Source of the DNA: Draconibacterium sp.
GTDB lineage: Bacteria > Bacteroidota > Bacteroidia > Bacteroidales > Prolixibacteraceae
Reading direction: 5' to 3'
DNA length: 64,000 nt
NCBI GenBank assembly: GCA_041739985.1
Contig: JBGSMW010000022.1
Location: 1 to 64,000, forward strand
Shown here piece after piece: positions 39,904 through 49,272 of the stretch. The notes below the pieces were generated by a model. That model made no database searches. It worked only from the letters and a program-made list of their open reading frames with translations, and had not been told where the DNA came from. The position numbers were made by a program, and so were the translations under genes. Position 1 is the first letter of the stretch; the number at the start of each line of letters is the position of its first letter.

Positions 39904-42036
39904 TTAGAAATTCAAAAACAAACCCACAAAAACAAACCTTTTTAAATCACGTTTTACCGGAATCAATGAATAATTTCCCTGTACATCAGCAATTCCCGTT
40001 GGACGGTAACTCAATACATTTTCGTTTCCCAAAACATTGTTTACCGAACAATACAAAACCGAATACTGGTTGCCGATATAGAAAATGTGGCTGAAATTCA
40101 GACTCAAATCGGTATAAGGATTTGTTCGCTCTCCCATAAAGCCAGTTGAATTTGGGTCGTTGTATAGTCTTCCACTTGCAGCTGTAAATGAAGTTCCAAC
40201 CTGCGTATTGATTTTATGCAACCAGTATTTTCCAACCACTGAAAAAGTGTGGTCCGAGATAAAATCAGGCGTAACTTTTTCCGGGTAATCCATATATTTT
40301 CGTTTTGTGTCGATAAAAGAATAAGTTACCCAGTAATCAAAACCTTTTATACTTTTTTGGTCGCGCCAGAAAATATCAAGTCCGCCGGCATAACCGCTAC
40401 CACTGTTCTTCAAATTTGTTGGCAGATTGAAATCGCCTGTTTGCCAGGTAATCAAATTCTTGTAAGTTTTATAATATGTTTCGGCCCTGAAAAGCCGCTT
40501 CGAAACTTCACCAAACTGGTAACTTAATACGTAATGCGTTGCCTTCTCAAAATCAAGTTTTGTTTCTATTTTCAAATATTCCGATTGTGGTGTTTGATGG
40601 TACATTCCCCAGGCAGCAGATAATTGAGCGTCTTTTCCGGTTTTCATTGCAATTGCAAAACGGGGAGCTAAATTCCAATTATTTATTACAGAAGCATATT
40701 CTGAACGCAACCCGGGACGAATAGCCAGGTTTTTTGTGAATTTGATTTCGCTTTCGATAAATCCGCCAATTAAATTATCGGTGTAATCAGAAGTGTAAGC
40801 CTGACCGCTATTTTCAATGTAATCCTCATTGAATTTATTGTAAGTTTCGTTGGCGCCCCAGGTAATTTTCACACCCTCTGAAACATCGTGAATTACAGTA
40901 AAACGGGTTTCAATATTCAATTCAGCACTTTCTACCGAATTACTGCCAAGTCCGGTTTTGTTGTTTTGCGAAGTTGTGGATACACCAATTTTATAACACG
41001 ACTTTTCTAAAAAACAATCACGATATGACAGATTTGAATAAGTGGTTAATCCCTTATTTGAAATCAGTATTTTTTGGCTTTCAACATCGCCAGGAACTAA
41101 ATAGGAAAGATTGCCATAGTCAGATGTGAGAAATCCTTTGAACATGCCATTATTTTTTGTTTTATAACGGTAAACAGCAGTGCCGTTAACAGCTTCAACA
41201 GGTTTTTCCCAATCCACCGAACTGTTGAATAGCTTGTCATAAAGTGACAAGTTGGTATAACTTCCCGATAAACTAAACGACGAATTCTTCATTCTTTTTG
41301 TAGTATTTGCCTCTCCTCCAATGCTTAACAGTGAAATACCAGTAACATCTTCGGCAGCCAGGTCATTTGAATTAAGCACTAACACAGATGAAAGTGCTTG
41401 TCCGTATTCTGCTGAATATCCGCCCGAATTAAACATAACTCCGCTGAAAAGGGAAGGTGCAAAACGTCCGCGCGAAGCAATATCAGGCGTTTTCGAATAG
41501 TACGGTTTTGCGGCAATTAATCCGTCAATGTAGGTTTTTGTTTCGTAAACATCACCGCCGCGAACCATCAAACGCCCATCGTCGGCAGCAGCCTGTGTGC
41601 CTGGCATTGTGCGCATTGCAGCCATTACATCGCCATTTGCACTGGGTGTTGTATAAATATCCAGTGGTTTCATTATTGAAGCGCGGGATTCATCGGCTGC
41701 CGCAAAATTTCCGGCAGTTATTGTAACTGCATCAAGGGTGTTCACGCTTTCCTTCATTTCAATTTCAATTTGAAGGTTACCCGACAAATCAATCTCTTTT
41801 TGCCATGTTTTGTAACCAATGAAAGTGGCTTTTAAAACCTTTTTTCCTGATTCTGAAGTTTTGAATTTAAAGTTTCCATCAGCATCGGAACTCGCACCAT
41901 CATAACTGTTTTCAATAAAAATATTAACGCCGGGCAGTTGTTCGCCTTTTTCAGTTTGTACTTTGCCCGAAATTGTAAATTGAGAAAATGAGATGATTGA
42001 AATGAACAGGAATAAAGTTGTAAAAATTGTTTTCAT
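39904..42036 (-). CDS. TonB-dependent outer-membrane receptor with N-terminal CarbopepD_reg-like domain
   Basis: 710 aa with signal peptide. N-terminal 'FTISGKVQTEKGEQLPGVNIFIENSYDGASSDADGNFKF'. Plug and barrel composition. The terminal aromatic 'VFVGLFLNF' is typical of the last barrel strand. Confidence 0.75.
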   Translation of the reverse strand: MKTIFTTLFLFISIISFSQFTISGKVQTEKGEQLPGVNIFIENSYDGASSDADGNFKFKTSESGKKVLKATFIGYKTWQKEIDLSGNLQIEIEMKESVNTLDAVTITAGNFAAADESRASIMKPLDIYTTPSANGDVMAAMRTMPGTQAAADDGRLMVRGGDVYETKTYIDGLIAAKPYYSKTPDIASRGRFAPSLFSGVMFNSGGYSAEYGQALSSVLVLNSNDLAAEDVTGISLLSIGGEANTTKRMKNSSFSLSGSYTNLSLYDKLFNSSVDWEKPVEAVNGTAVYRYKTKNNGMFKGFLTSDYGNLSYLVPGDVESQKILISNKGLTTYSNLSYRDCFLEKSCYKIGVSTTSQNNKTGLGSNSVESAELNIETRFTVIHDVSEGVKITWGANETYNKFNEDYIENSGQAYTSDYTDNLIGGFIESEIKFTKNLAIRPGLRSEYASVINNWNLAPRFAIAMKTGKDAQLSAAWGMYHQTPQSEYLKIETKLDFEKATHYVLSYQFGEVSKRLFRAETYYKTYKNLITWQTGDFNLPTNLKNSGSGYAGGLDIFWRDQKSIKGFDYWVTYSFIDTKRKYMDYPEKVTPDFISDHTFSVVGKYWLHKINTQVGTSFTAASGRLYNDPNSTGFMGERTNPYTDLSLNFSHIFYIGNQYSVLYCSVNNVLGNENVLSYRPTGIADVQGNYSLIPVKRDLKRFVFVGLFLNF

Positions 42037-42208
42037 TACTTTGAGTTTTCAAAATATCTTCTGTTAATGAATTTTTGATAACTCAAAGTTGAGGTGAAAG
42101 TGTGGGCTACAAAAATGAAGGTTACCGAAGTGTTGATTTTTGGTGATGAAGTGTGGGCGCGGAGGTTTTTAACCTTCGAAAAACCAAAGTTGAACCGCAA
42201 CACCTTGT

Positions 42209-43198
42209 TTATTCAATTTCTAACTCTTTTTCAACGTAATAATCTCCAATCCAGATTCTTCCATCAGATTTTTTCCAATCTCCCGATTTCATATTCGAAC
42301 CGGGAAACGAAAAAGAACATTTTACTTTACCCGAAGGTATCGATGGAAAATTGGACAATTCCACATTTCTTATCATTTTCTCTCCCGGTTTTAATTTGTA
42401 ATACCAACTGTCCTGAACTTTGTCAAATGCGGTATGATTAACCTGATTGGGGAAATAGTAAGTGTTGTCTTTCGAAAGCCAGGTTCCGTTGGTTACATAG
42501 TGGAACCGTGAAGCACCCATTTTATCGGGGTCGAACAAATAAATATTTTCAATATCAATATTGGTAACCTGAAATGTGTATTCAATAGTAGTCTGGTTTT
42601 TCTTTTTAACACGGGTAAGTTCAACTTTGATTCCTTCCCTCAATAAATCCGAAGAAATAAGCGCTTTTTTAAATTCATTTTGCTCTTCCAGATTTCCGGT
42701 AAAACGATGTCCCAACTGACCAAAATGAATTACATCTTTTGGATAAAAAATTGCGTCTTCAGGACTGATTGATGGCATTTGCGGAAAAGATGACATGTAC
42801 ATCGGGAAAAACACTCCAATAAAAAGTCGTTCATCACCCGAAACTACAACAAAATGCCGGCCTGAGTATTTCGCTTTTTCCTTTTCAGTTTTTAAAAAGA
42901 AGGTGTGAGATGACCAGTCGTAAAAATCAATTTCAGTGGCTTTTACCCACGGAGTACTTTCTAATTTCAACGAATTCAAATCAGCATCAAAATCATTAAT
43001 CGAAAGTTGCCCTTCTTTTACAAGGAAAATATTGATGTCCGACTGAGAATTGCTTCTGAAATTTTCAACATCACCCAAACAGGATGTAAAAAGTAAAATA
43101 AATAACGGGTAGAAAAATGTTTTCACGGTGAGGCAGTTTATTGTTTTTAGTATGATGAAGATAATTAAACTTTGGTTGCGTAGCTTTTCACGGGACAT
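42209..43198 (-). CDS. hypothetical lipoprotein
   Basis: Contains 'VKTFFYPLFILLFTSC', which would be a clean lipoprotein signal if translation starts at GTG 43126. The ORF-track ATG at 43198 lies inside a palindromic hairpin. No catalytic motif recognized. Confidence 0.5.
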   Translation of the reverse strand: MSREKLRNQSLIIFIILKTINCLTVKTFFYPLFILLFTSCLGDVENFRSNSQSDINIFLVKEGQLSINDFDADLNSLKLESTPWVKATEIDFYDWSSHTFFLKTEKEKAKYSGRHFVVVSGDERLFIGVFFPMYMSSFPQMPSISPEDAIFYPKDVIHFGQLGHRFTGNLEEQNEFKKALISSDLLREGIKVELTRVKKKNQTTIEYTFQVTNIDIENIYLFDPDKMGASRFHYVTNGTWLSKDNTYYFPNQVNHTAFDKVQDSWYYKLKPGEKMIRNVELSNFPSIPSGKVKCSFSFPGSNMKSGDWKKSDGRIWIGDYYVEKELEIE

Positions 43199-43218
43199 GG
43201 ACTTTCACAAGTCCATGT
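43191..43218. repeat. palindromic GGGAC..GGACTT..AAGTCC motif, copy B
   Basis: 'cgggacatggactttcacaagtccatgt': 10-bp stem acatggactt / aagtccatgt, loop tcac. Arms differ from copy A by compensatory c<->t / g<->a changes. Confidence 0.6.
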
Positions 43219-43241
43219 TTTTCAATAAAGTCAACTTAAAA

Positions 43242-43265
43242 ACTGTGAGTTAGGAAACTCACAGT
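43242..43265. repeat. perfect 10-bp hairpin in the lipoprotein/gpmI divergent intergenic region
   Basis: actgtgagtt-agga-aactcacagt. On the minus strand it is followed by tttttaa. Confidence 0.5.
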
Positions 43266-43420
43266 CCCAAAGTACTGCACCCCAGCCGAAAGAATTTGTT
43301 AAATCAAATTCAACTTTCAATTGTTATTCATTAATGAGATAAAAAAAGGATACTTTTGTCGTCTGATAGATTTGAGACTATTAATATTGAGTATCAAGAG
43401 AAAAACTAAGAATAAATAAA

Positions 43421-44950
43421 ATGGCAAAAATTCAAAAAACATTATTGATGATCCTCGACGGTTGGGGAATTGGCAACGGTTCGAAAGGTGATATTATCGC
43501 AACAGCTCCAACTCCTTTTATGGATTCGGTTATGGAAAAATATCCGCATTCGCAGTTAATGGCTTGCGGCGAAGATGTTGGTCTGCCCGAAGGTCAAATG
43601 GGAAACTCTGAAGTTGGTCACCTCAGCATTGGAGCAGGTCGTGTACTTTACCAGGACATGGTAAAAATTACAAAAGCCATCCGCGATAAATCGTTATGGG
43701 AAAATCCTCAGATTGTTAAAGCATACAATTATGCAAAAGAGAATAAAAAGAAAGTTCATCTCATAGGTTTGATTGGCCCCGGAGGTGTTCATGCACTTAG
43801 CACACACATGGTTGCACTTTGCCAAATTGCAACAGATATGGGTCTGGAAGATGTCTTTGTACATGGTTTAATGGATGGGCGCGACACTGATCCACGCTCG
43901 GGTTACGGATTTCTGGAGACAGATTTGAATGCATTAAAAAATACTAATGCAAAATTCGCATCAATTATAGGGCGTTATTTCGGAATGGACCGCGATAAAA
44001 ACTATGACCGTTTAAAGTTGGCATACGATTTATATACTCATGGGAAAGGTGATAAATCAACTGATTTGCTTGCCACTGTTAAAGCTTCGTATGACGCCGG
44101 AGTTACCGATGAATTTATGAAACCATTTGTAATGGTTGATGAAAACGCAAATCCTCTTGGATTAATAGAAGAAGGTGACGTTGTGATTTGCTTCAATTTC
44201 CGCACCGACCGTTTGCGCCAGACTACTATTGCTTTCACGCAAAAAGACCTTCCGGAATTTGGCATGCACACCATGAATTTACAGTGGTACACCATGACTA
44301 ATTACAAAGCCGACTTTAAAGGAATAAATATAATTTTCGATAAAGAAAATGTAACAAACACAATGGGTGAAGTGGTTTCGAATGCCGGTTTGAAACAAAT
44401 ACGTATTGCCGAAACCGAAAAATATGCACACGTAACATTCTTCTTTAGTGGTGGTCGCGAGGATGAATTTCCGGGGGAAAGCAGGATTATGATACAGTCG
44501 CCAAAAGTACCAACCTACGATTTACAACCTGAAATGTCAGCACCTGGAGTAAAAGACGCCATTGTACCTAAACTCAGGAATGGAGAAGCCGATTTTGTTT
44601 GTCTTAACTTTGCCAATGGCGATATGGTTGGCCACACAGGGGTTTATGAAGCTATTTACAAAGCTGTTACAGCTGTTGATCAGTGTGCAAAAGAAGTTGT
44701 TGAAGCAGCATTGGAAGGTGGTTTCAATATTATGATTATTGCTGATCACGGAAATGCTGACAATGCAGTTAACGAGGATGGCTCTGAAAATACAGCCCAC
44801 TCATTGAATCCTGTTCCATGTATTTTTATTTCTGACAAAAAAGGAATAAGCCTGCAAAACGGTATTCTTGCTGATGTAGCTCCTACGTTGTTGAATGTTA
44901 TGGGCTTGGAAGTTCCGAAAGAAATGACGGGGAAGAATTTGATAAAATAA
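43421..44950 (+). CDS. gpmI: 2,3-bisphosphoglycerate-independent phosphoglycerate mutase
   Basis: 509 aa. N-terminal 'LLMILDGWGIG', the 'NSEVGHL' block, and overall iPGM-like domain layout. Confidence 0.85.
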   Translation: MAKIQKTLLMILDGWGIGNGSKGDIIATAPTPFMDSVMEKYPHSQLMACGEDVGLPEGQMGNSEVGHLSIGAGRVLYQDMVKITKAIRDKSLWENPQIVKAYNYAKENKKKVHLIGLIGPGGVHALSTHMVALCQIATDMGLEDVFVHGLMDGRDTDPRSGYGFLETDLNALKNTNAKFASIIGRYFGMDRDKNYDRLKLAYDLYTHGKGDKSTDLLATVKASYDAGVTDEFMKPFVMVDENANPLGLIEEGDVVICFNFRTDRLRQTTIAFTQKDLPEFGMHTMNLQWYTMTNYKADFKGINIIFDKENVTNTMGEVVSNAGLKQIRIAETEKYAHVTFFFSGGREDEFPGESRIMIQSPKVPTYDLQPEMSAPGVKDAIVPKLRNGEADFVCLNFANGDMVGHTGVYEAIYKAVTAVDQCAKEVVEAALEGGFNIMIIADHGNADNAVNEDGSENTAHSLNPVPCIFISDKKGISLQNGILADVAPTLLNVMGLEVPKEMTGKNLIK

Positions 44951-45078
44951 AGCCCCACCCCTGCCCTCCCCGAGGGGAGGGAGAAAGAAAAAAGGAAACT
45001 TGAAATTTTTGATTTTGAAATACAACAAAAACATAAACAGTTCTTTAATCCCCCTCCGGGGGGAGTTAGGGGGGCTTT
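44951..45078. repeat. GC-rich MITE-like intergenic element, copy 1: terminal inverted AAGCCCC/GGGGGCTT ends, each end a C-run/G-run hairpin
   Basis: Left end 'agccccacccctgCCCTCCCCgaGGGGAGGGagaaagaaaaaagg' has a perfect 8-bp stem. Right end is 'tCCCCCtccGGGGGGagttaGGGGGGCTTt' and the next nucleotides are ATG 45079. The AT-rich interior is unrelated to copy 2. The element fills the whole gpmI-DUF3109 spacer. Confidence 0.6.
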
Positions 45079-45660
45079 ATGATTGAAATTGGGAACACAA
45101 TAATCAGTCGCGATATTTTTGAAGAACAATTTCTTTGCGATTTGTTGAAATGCAAGGGAGCATGTTGCGAAGAAGGTGATTCAGGCGCTCCTTTAACAAA
45201 AGAGGAAGCTGAAATTATTAAAAAGGAATATCCAAATTTTCGTGATTACCTGCCTGGTAAACACAAACATGAAATTGAAAAACAGGGATTTTCGGTAATT
45301 GACAGTGATGGAGATTTGGTTACCCCGCTGCTACACAACCGGCAGTGTGTTTACACATTTACTGATGAAAAAGGTATTCTGAAATGTGGAATTGAGAAAG
45401 CATATCTGGAAGGAAAAACAACTTTCAGGAAACCGGTTTCATGCCATCTTTTCCCCATCAGAATTACAGGATACAAAAATTATGATGCAGTAAATTATCA
45501 GGAACTTTCCATTTGTAAAGAAGGAAAAGCCTGCGGTAAATCGGCAAAACTACCGTTATACAAATTTCTGAAAGAACCGCTAATCAGAAAATATGGTGAA
45601 GAGTGGTATAGCGAAGTTGAAGTTGCTGCTGAATATCTGGATAAAAATTACCGGCCTTGA
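45079..45660 (+). CDS. DUF3109-like Cys-rich hypothetical protein
   Basis: 193 aa with conserved Cys clusters 'CDLLKCKGACCEEG', 'CHLFP', 'CKEGKACGK'. Family assignment is from memory. Confidence 0.55.
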   Translation: MIEIGNTIISRDIFEEQFLCDLLKCKGACCEEGDSGAPLTKEEAEIIKKEYPNFRDYLPGKHKHEIEKQGFSVIDSDGDLVTPLLHNRQCVYTFTDEKGILKCGIEKAYLEGKTTFRKPVSCHLFPIRITGYKNYDAVNYQELSICKEGKACGKSAKLPLYKFLKEPLIRKYGEEWYSEVEVAAEYLDKNYRP

Positions 45661-46175
45661 AATATCCTGAAAATATTAACCGGAATTCCCTTATAATTTG
45701 TTGACTTTTCAAGTGTCATTCCATTTCTAAGTGCAACTTTTGCCGACTTTAAATTATCAACATGAATTATTGATATCAATGAGTTGGCAAAATTATTTTC
45801 GAAAGCAAAATCACGCATTTTCATGGCTGCTTCAGTGGCATAACCCTTTCCCCAGAAATCAGGATGAAGCGAATATCCGATTTCAAGCTCTTTGATCCCA
45901 CCAACTTCCTGAACAAGCAGGCCGCACATTCCAACAGTTTTTCCGGTTTCCAGATCAACTAAAGCATTGTGCCCGCCAGTATCATTTTTATACCGATCGA
46001 AAACTTTGTTGAACCAGAACCTGCAAAAATCTTCAGGATTAAATTTTCCCGAAATATCGAAATATCGGGTTGCTTCCGGATTGGAAGAAAATTCCATCCA
46101 CCAATCAAAATCATTTTCTTCAAGCATTCTGTAGCTCAATCGTTTCGATTTTTGTCCTTCAAGTAAATATTTCAT
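45648..46175 (-). CDS. GNAT family N-acetyltransferase (RimJ/RimL-like)
   Basis: 175 aa. Acetyl-CoA binding 'VGMCGL...GYSLHPDFWGKGYATEA'. Confidence 0.7.
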   Translation of the reverse strand: MKYLLEGQKSKRLSYRMLEENDFDWWMEFSSNPEATRYFDISGKFNPEDFCRFWFNKVFDRYKNDTGGHNALVDLETGKTVGMCGLLVQEVGGIKELEIGYSLHPDFWGKGYATEAAMKMRDFAFENNFANSLISIIHVDNLKSAKVALRNGMTLEKSTNYKGIPVNIFRIFQGR

Positions 46176-46199
46176 AAAATTGAAAATAAATGAAAAAAG

Positions 46200-48101
46200 C
46201 TACCATACAAAATCAATTTTATACTCATCAGTATTTAGCCCCCACTTTTCAATCAGCCATTTTGCAGCCCGCATATCATATTTGTTCCCCGACTTCGATT
46301 CGGCATTGTTAATCATGCTAACAACGCCATCTTTTATCACTTTACTGTTCTCGTTAATACAATCAATTACATTTAAAGCGTGACAACGTGCCATTTCATT
46401 TGGGTTTTTCAAAACAGCCAGCAATGCTTTATTGGCTGTATCTTTCTCTCCCAGATTATATAAAGCTTCAGCAGCAACAGTAACAACATTTGCAGATTTA
46501 TCAGAAGTTGCAGCTTTCAATTCATTGATTGCCGGTTCCGCCTGAATACCTAATATCAACAATCCGGTTGCTCCCCAATATCGTACAGCACTGTCGTTAC
46601 TCTTCAGGTAATCTATCAATATTTCAAGGTTTGCAGTTTCACCGAGAGTTGCTGTTTCAGCAGCATTAATTATTTCGTTTAGATTAACATTCCCTGATCG
46701 CATATAATCATAAACAGGCATTTCTCCGGCACGATCAATCCGGTCAGCCTCAGGGATAAAACCGGCATCGTGAATTTTGGTAACCCAATCCTTATTGGCT
46801 GCCCGCATTCTTTCCAAAACATCAGCATAATTCAAATCAGTGGCCAAATTATTTATTTCCCAGGGATCGTTTTCTGTATCATATAGCTCTTCAACCGGTT
46901 TTGTTTTCCAAAAAGTACTTTGTATTTCGTTACACTCGCCATTTAAAAAAGCCTTTTCCCACGACCCAATCGAAGGCGCTTTCCACAAATATTCCAAATG
47001 CTGGCCGTAAATTCTATAAGGTATGTAATTTTTAATATACCTAAACCGCTGGTCGCGCACTGCACGACTCATGTCAAAGCGTTCATCCATCCTTCCGCGA
47101 AACATAAAAACATATTCCGGATCAGGAGTTTTCTGTTTTCCCAGAAAAGCACTTCCCTGCAAATATTCAGGTATTTGAATTCCGGCAATACTCAAAAGTG
47201 TTGGCACCAAATCGACAAAACTAATAAGCCGGTTAACTTTCGATCCAACTTCTTTTTCGGGGAAAAGGTATTTGTATTTTTCAGGAATTCGAATAATAAA
47301 TGGCACACGTGTTCCGGTTTCATACACATATCTCTTGCTGCGGGCAAGAACACCACCGTGGTCACCATAATAAAAAACGATTGTATTTTCAAGTAAACCA
47401 GCCTGTTCCAGTTCCTTTAATTTTTCGCCAACCCATGTATCCATATCTTCCACTTTGTCGTAATACTGCGCCCAGTCGTGTTTTATTTCAGGTGTTGCCG
47501 GATGATATGGTGGAAGTGGCACTTCTTCAGGTCTGTGCCTTAATTCTTCATTCGGAATAGATTTATGGAGGGAACTTTCATGTGAAATAGTAGTATTGAA
47601 AACTGCGAAAAATGGTTTGCCTTCTGGTCGGTTTTTGTAATGCGCTTCGTTACTGCAATCGTCCCAAATACTTTTATCATCGAAGTTTCCCAGATTGTAA
47701 TCTGTTTTTACATTGTTGGTACAGTAATAACCGGCTTGTCGCAGGTAATCGGGATAAGTTTTTACAATGTCCGATTTGGGATAATTGCTCCTCATATTTT
47801 CATTTCCGCCCGAACAGGCATAAACCCCGGTAAGTATTGTATTCCGGGTTGGCGCACAAACAGGAGCATTTGCATAGGCATGGGTATATAAAAATCCTTC
47901 GGATGCAAGTTTGTCAAGATTTGGTGTTGTGGCAAATTCATCGCCGTAACATCCTAAAAACGGACTGTTGTCTTCACTTGTTAGCCATAAAATATTGGGC
48001 AGTTCATCGGGGATTTTATCCTTGTTTCGTTGAAATAATATTGCAATGAGAATTATTATAATAACAACTGCCGGTGAGCCTTTCAAAATTTTAGATTTCA
48101 T
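46200..48101 (-). CDS. sulfatase (formylglycine-dependent, CxPxR) with C-terminal HEAT/ARM-like repeat extension
   Basis: 633 aa with a signal/TM segment. 'PVCAPTRNTILTG' is the sulfatase signature. The C-terminal ~150 aa are helical repeats ('SAVRYWGATGLLILG', 'VVTVAAEALYNLG'). Confidence 0.75.
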   Translation of the reverse strand: MKSKILKGSPAVVIIIILIAILFQRNKDKIPDELPNILWLTSEDNSPFLGCYGDEFATTPNLDKLASEGFLYTHAYANAPVCAPTRNTILTGVYACSGGNENMRSNYPKSDIVKTYPDYLRQAGYYCTNNVKTDYNLGNFDDKSIWDDCSNEAHYKNRPEGKPFFAVFNTTISHESSLHKSIPNEELRHRPEEVPLPPYHPATPEIKHDWAQYYDKVEDMDTWVGEKLKELEQAGLLENTIVFYYGDHGGVLARSKRYVYETGTRVPFIIRIPEKYKYLFPEKEVGSKVNRLISFVDLVPTLLSIAGIQIPEYLQGSAFLGKQKTPDPEYVFMFRGRMDERFDMSRAVRDQRFRYIKNYIPYRIYGQHLEYLWKAPSIGSWEKAFLNGECNEIQSTFWKTKPVEELYDTENDPWEINNLATDLNYADVLERMRAANKDWVTKIHDAGFIPEADRIDRAGEMPVYDYMRSGNVNLNEIINAAETATLGETANLEILIDYLKSNDSAVRYWGATGLLILGIQAEPAINELKAATSDKSANVVTVAAEALYNLGEKDTANKALLAVLKNPNEMARCHALNVIDCINENSKVIKDGVVSMINNAESKSGNKYDMRAAKWLIEKWGLNTDEYKIDFVW

Positions 48102-48162
48102 AGGTTATGGTTTTTTTATTTGAAAAAAAGGTCAAAACAATGTCGGGGGAAAACTATTGTGG

Positions 48163-48552
48163 CTAATTCATTATCTCAACCCGATTTCCATCCGGATCAA
48201 GAACAACACTTTCGTAATATCCGTCTCCGGTGGTACGAGGCTCGTTGATAACCTTATAACCGTCTTTTCTTAACATGTCTGTTAATTGGTCAACTTTTTC
48301 TTTTGAACCAACATTAATTGCAAAATGAATGAGTCCGATAAATTGTTTTATTATATCGTTTTTTGATGAAGGTATTCTTGGCATTTCCATAATTTCCAAC
48401 TTGCAATCGCCATGAAAAGAAAGGAAATATGAACGGAATTCCTTTGAATGGTTATAATAAACTTCGGTACTCGAAGCATCAAAATAGTGAATATAGAAGT
48501 TGCGTAGTCCTTCCAGGTTACGCGTCCAAATGGCTAAGTGGTCAATCTTCAT
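48163..48552 (-). CDS. VOC/glyoxalase-family protein
   Basis: 'MKIDHLAIW' is a typical glyoxalase-fold N-terminus. The ORF track extends the reading frame to 48597. Confidence 0.6.
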   Translation of the reverse strand: MKIDHLAIWTRNLEGLRNFYIHYFDASSTEVYYNHSKEFRSYFLSFHGDCKLEIMEMPRIPSSKNDIIKQFIGLIHFAINVGSKEKVDQLTDMLRKDGYKVINEPRTTGDGYYESVVLDPDGNRVEIMN

Positions 48553-48618
48553 AACTTTAAATATTTCAATTTTTTTTGTCCATAAAACATTCCTCAATTG
48601 TCCAAATTTTTAGATTCA

Positions 48619-49272
48619 TTATAATTTGCCATCCCATTCCCAAAAAAACTCTTCTAAAAACTGTTCCATAAATATATGCCGTTTTTCCGCCAATTCAATT
48701 GCTGTTTGCGTATTTAAACGATTTTTTAACAATAGCAGTTTTTCGTAAAAATGATTGATAGTTGGTGCTGTGGTTTTTTTGTAGCTTTCAAAGTCATTGT
48801 GCATTTCAGGTTTTATTTCGGGATTATAAATGGGTCGGTTTCTATTTCCCCCATAGGCAAATGTTCTGGCAATCCCAATAGCACCAATTGCATCCAACCT
48901 GTCCGCATCCTGCACAATTTTTGCTTCAATTGAAGTTGCATTTGTATCAACTCCAGCTCCTTTAAACGAAACCTGATCGATAATCTCTAGTATCTTTTCC
49001 GAATCAGTTTCATTCAGTTTCATTTTCTTTAACCACGATTTTGCATGTGAAGTTTGCATGTCGCCATTTATTTTCCAGTCATCTATATCGTGTAAAAGTG
49101 CAGCCATTTCCATTATGAAATGATTTCCACCTTCAGTTTCCGCAATTTTTAAAGCAAGGTTTCGTACCCGGTAAATGTGCCACCAATCGTGTCCCGACCC
49201 TTCGTTTTCAAAAATGCTTTTAATATAGTTTTCAGTTTCAGTAAGCATTTGTATTTCTGATATATTGACCAT
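48619..49272 (-). CDS. HD-domain phosphohydrolase
   Basis: 217 aa with H..HD motif 'WWHIYRVRNLA...AALLHDIDDWK' and a later 'DADRLDAIG'. Confidence 0.7.
   Translation of the reverse strand: MVNISEIQMLTETENYIKSIFENEGSGHDWWHIYRVRNLALKIAETEGGNHFIMEMAALLHDIDDWKINGDMQTSHAKSWLKKMKLNETDSEKILEIIDQVSFKGAGVDTNATSIEAKIVQDADRLDAIGAIGIARTFAYGGNRNRPIYNPEIKPEMHNDFESYKKTTAPTINHFYEKLLLLKNRLNTQTAIELAEKRHIFMEQFLEEFFWEWDGKL

Noticed and set aside
44964-44981. GC-rich hairpins considered as canonical intrinsic terminators for gpmI/prfA
   Set aside because: On the plus strand they are followed by A-rich, not U-rich, tracts, and the stems have 2-nt loops. Their recurrence with conserved ends fits a repeat family better. 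Proper hairpin+U terminators seen elsewhere in the window (55303, 31983, 11415) look different.
44746-45129. 127-aa and 77-aa minus-strand ORFs spanning the gpmI 3' end and the GC-rich element
   Set aside because: Their translation runs through the repeat, giving Pro/Gly-rich low-complexity sequence. They overlap gpmI and the DUF3109 start.
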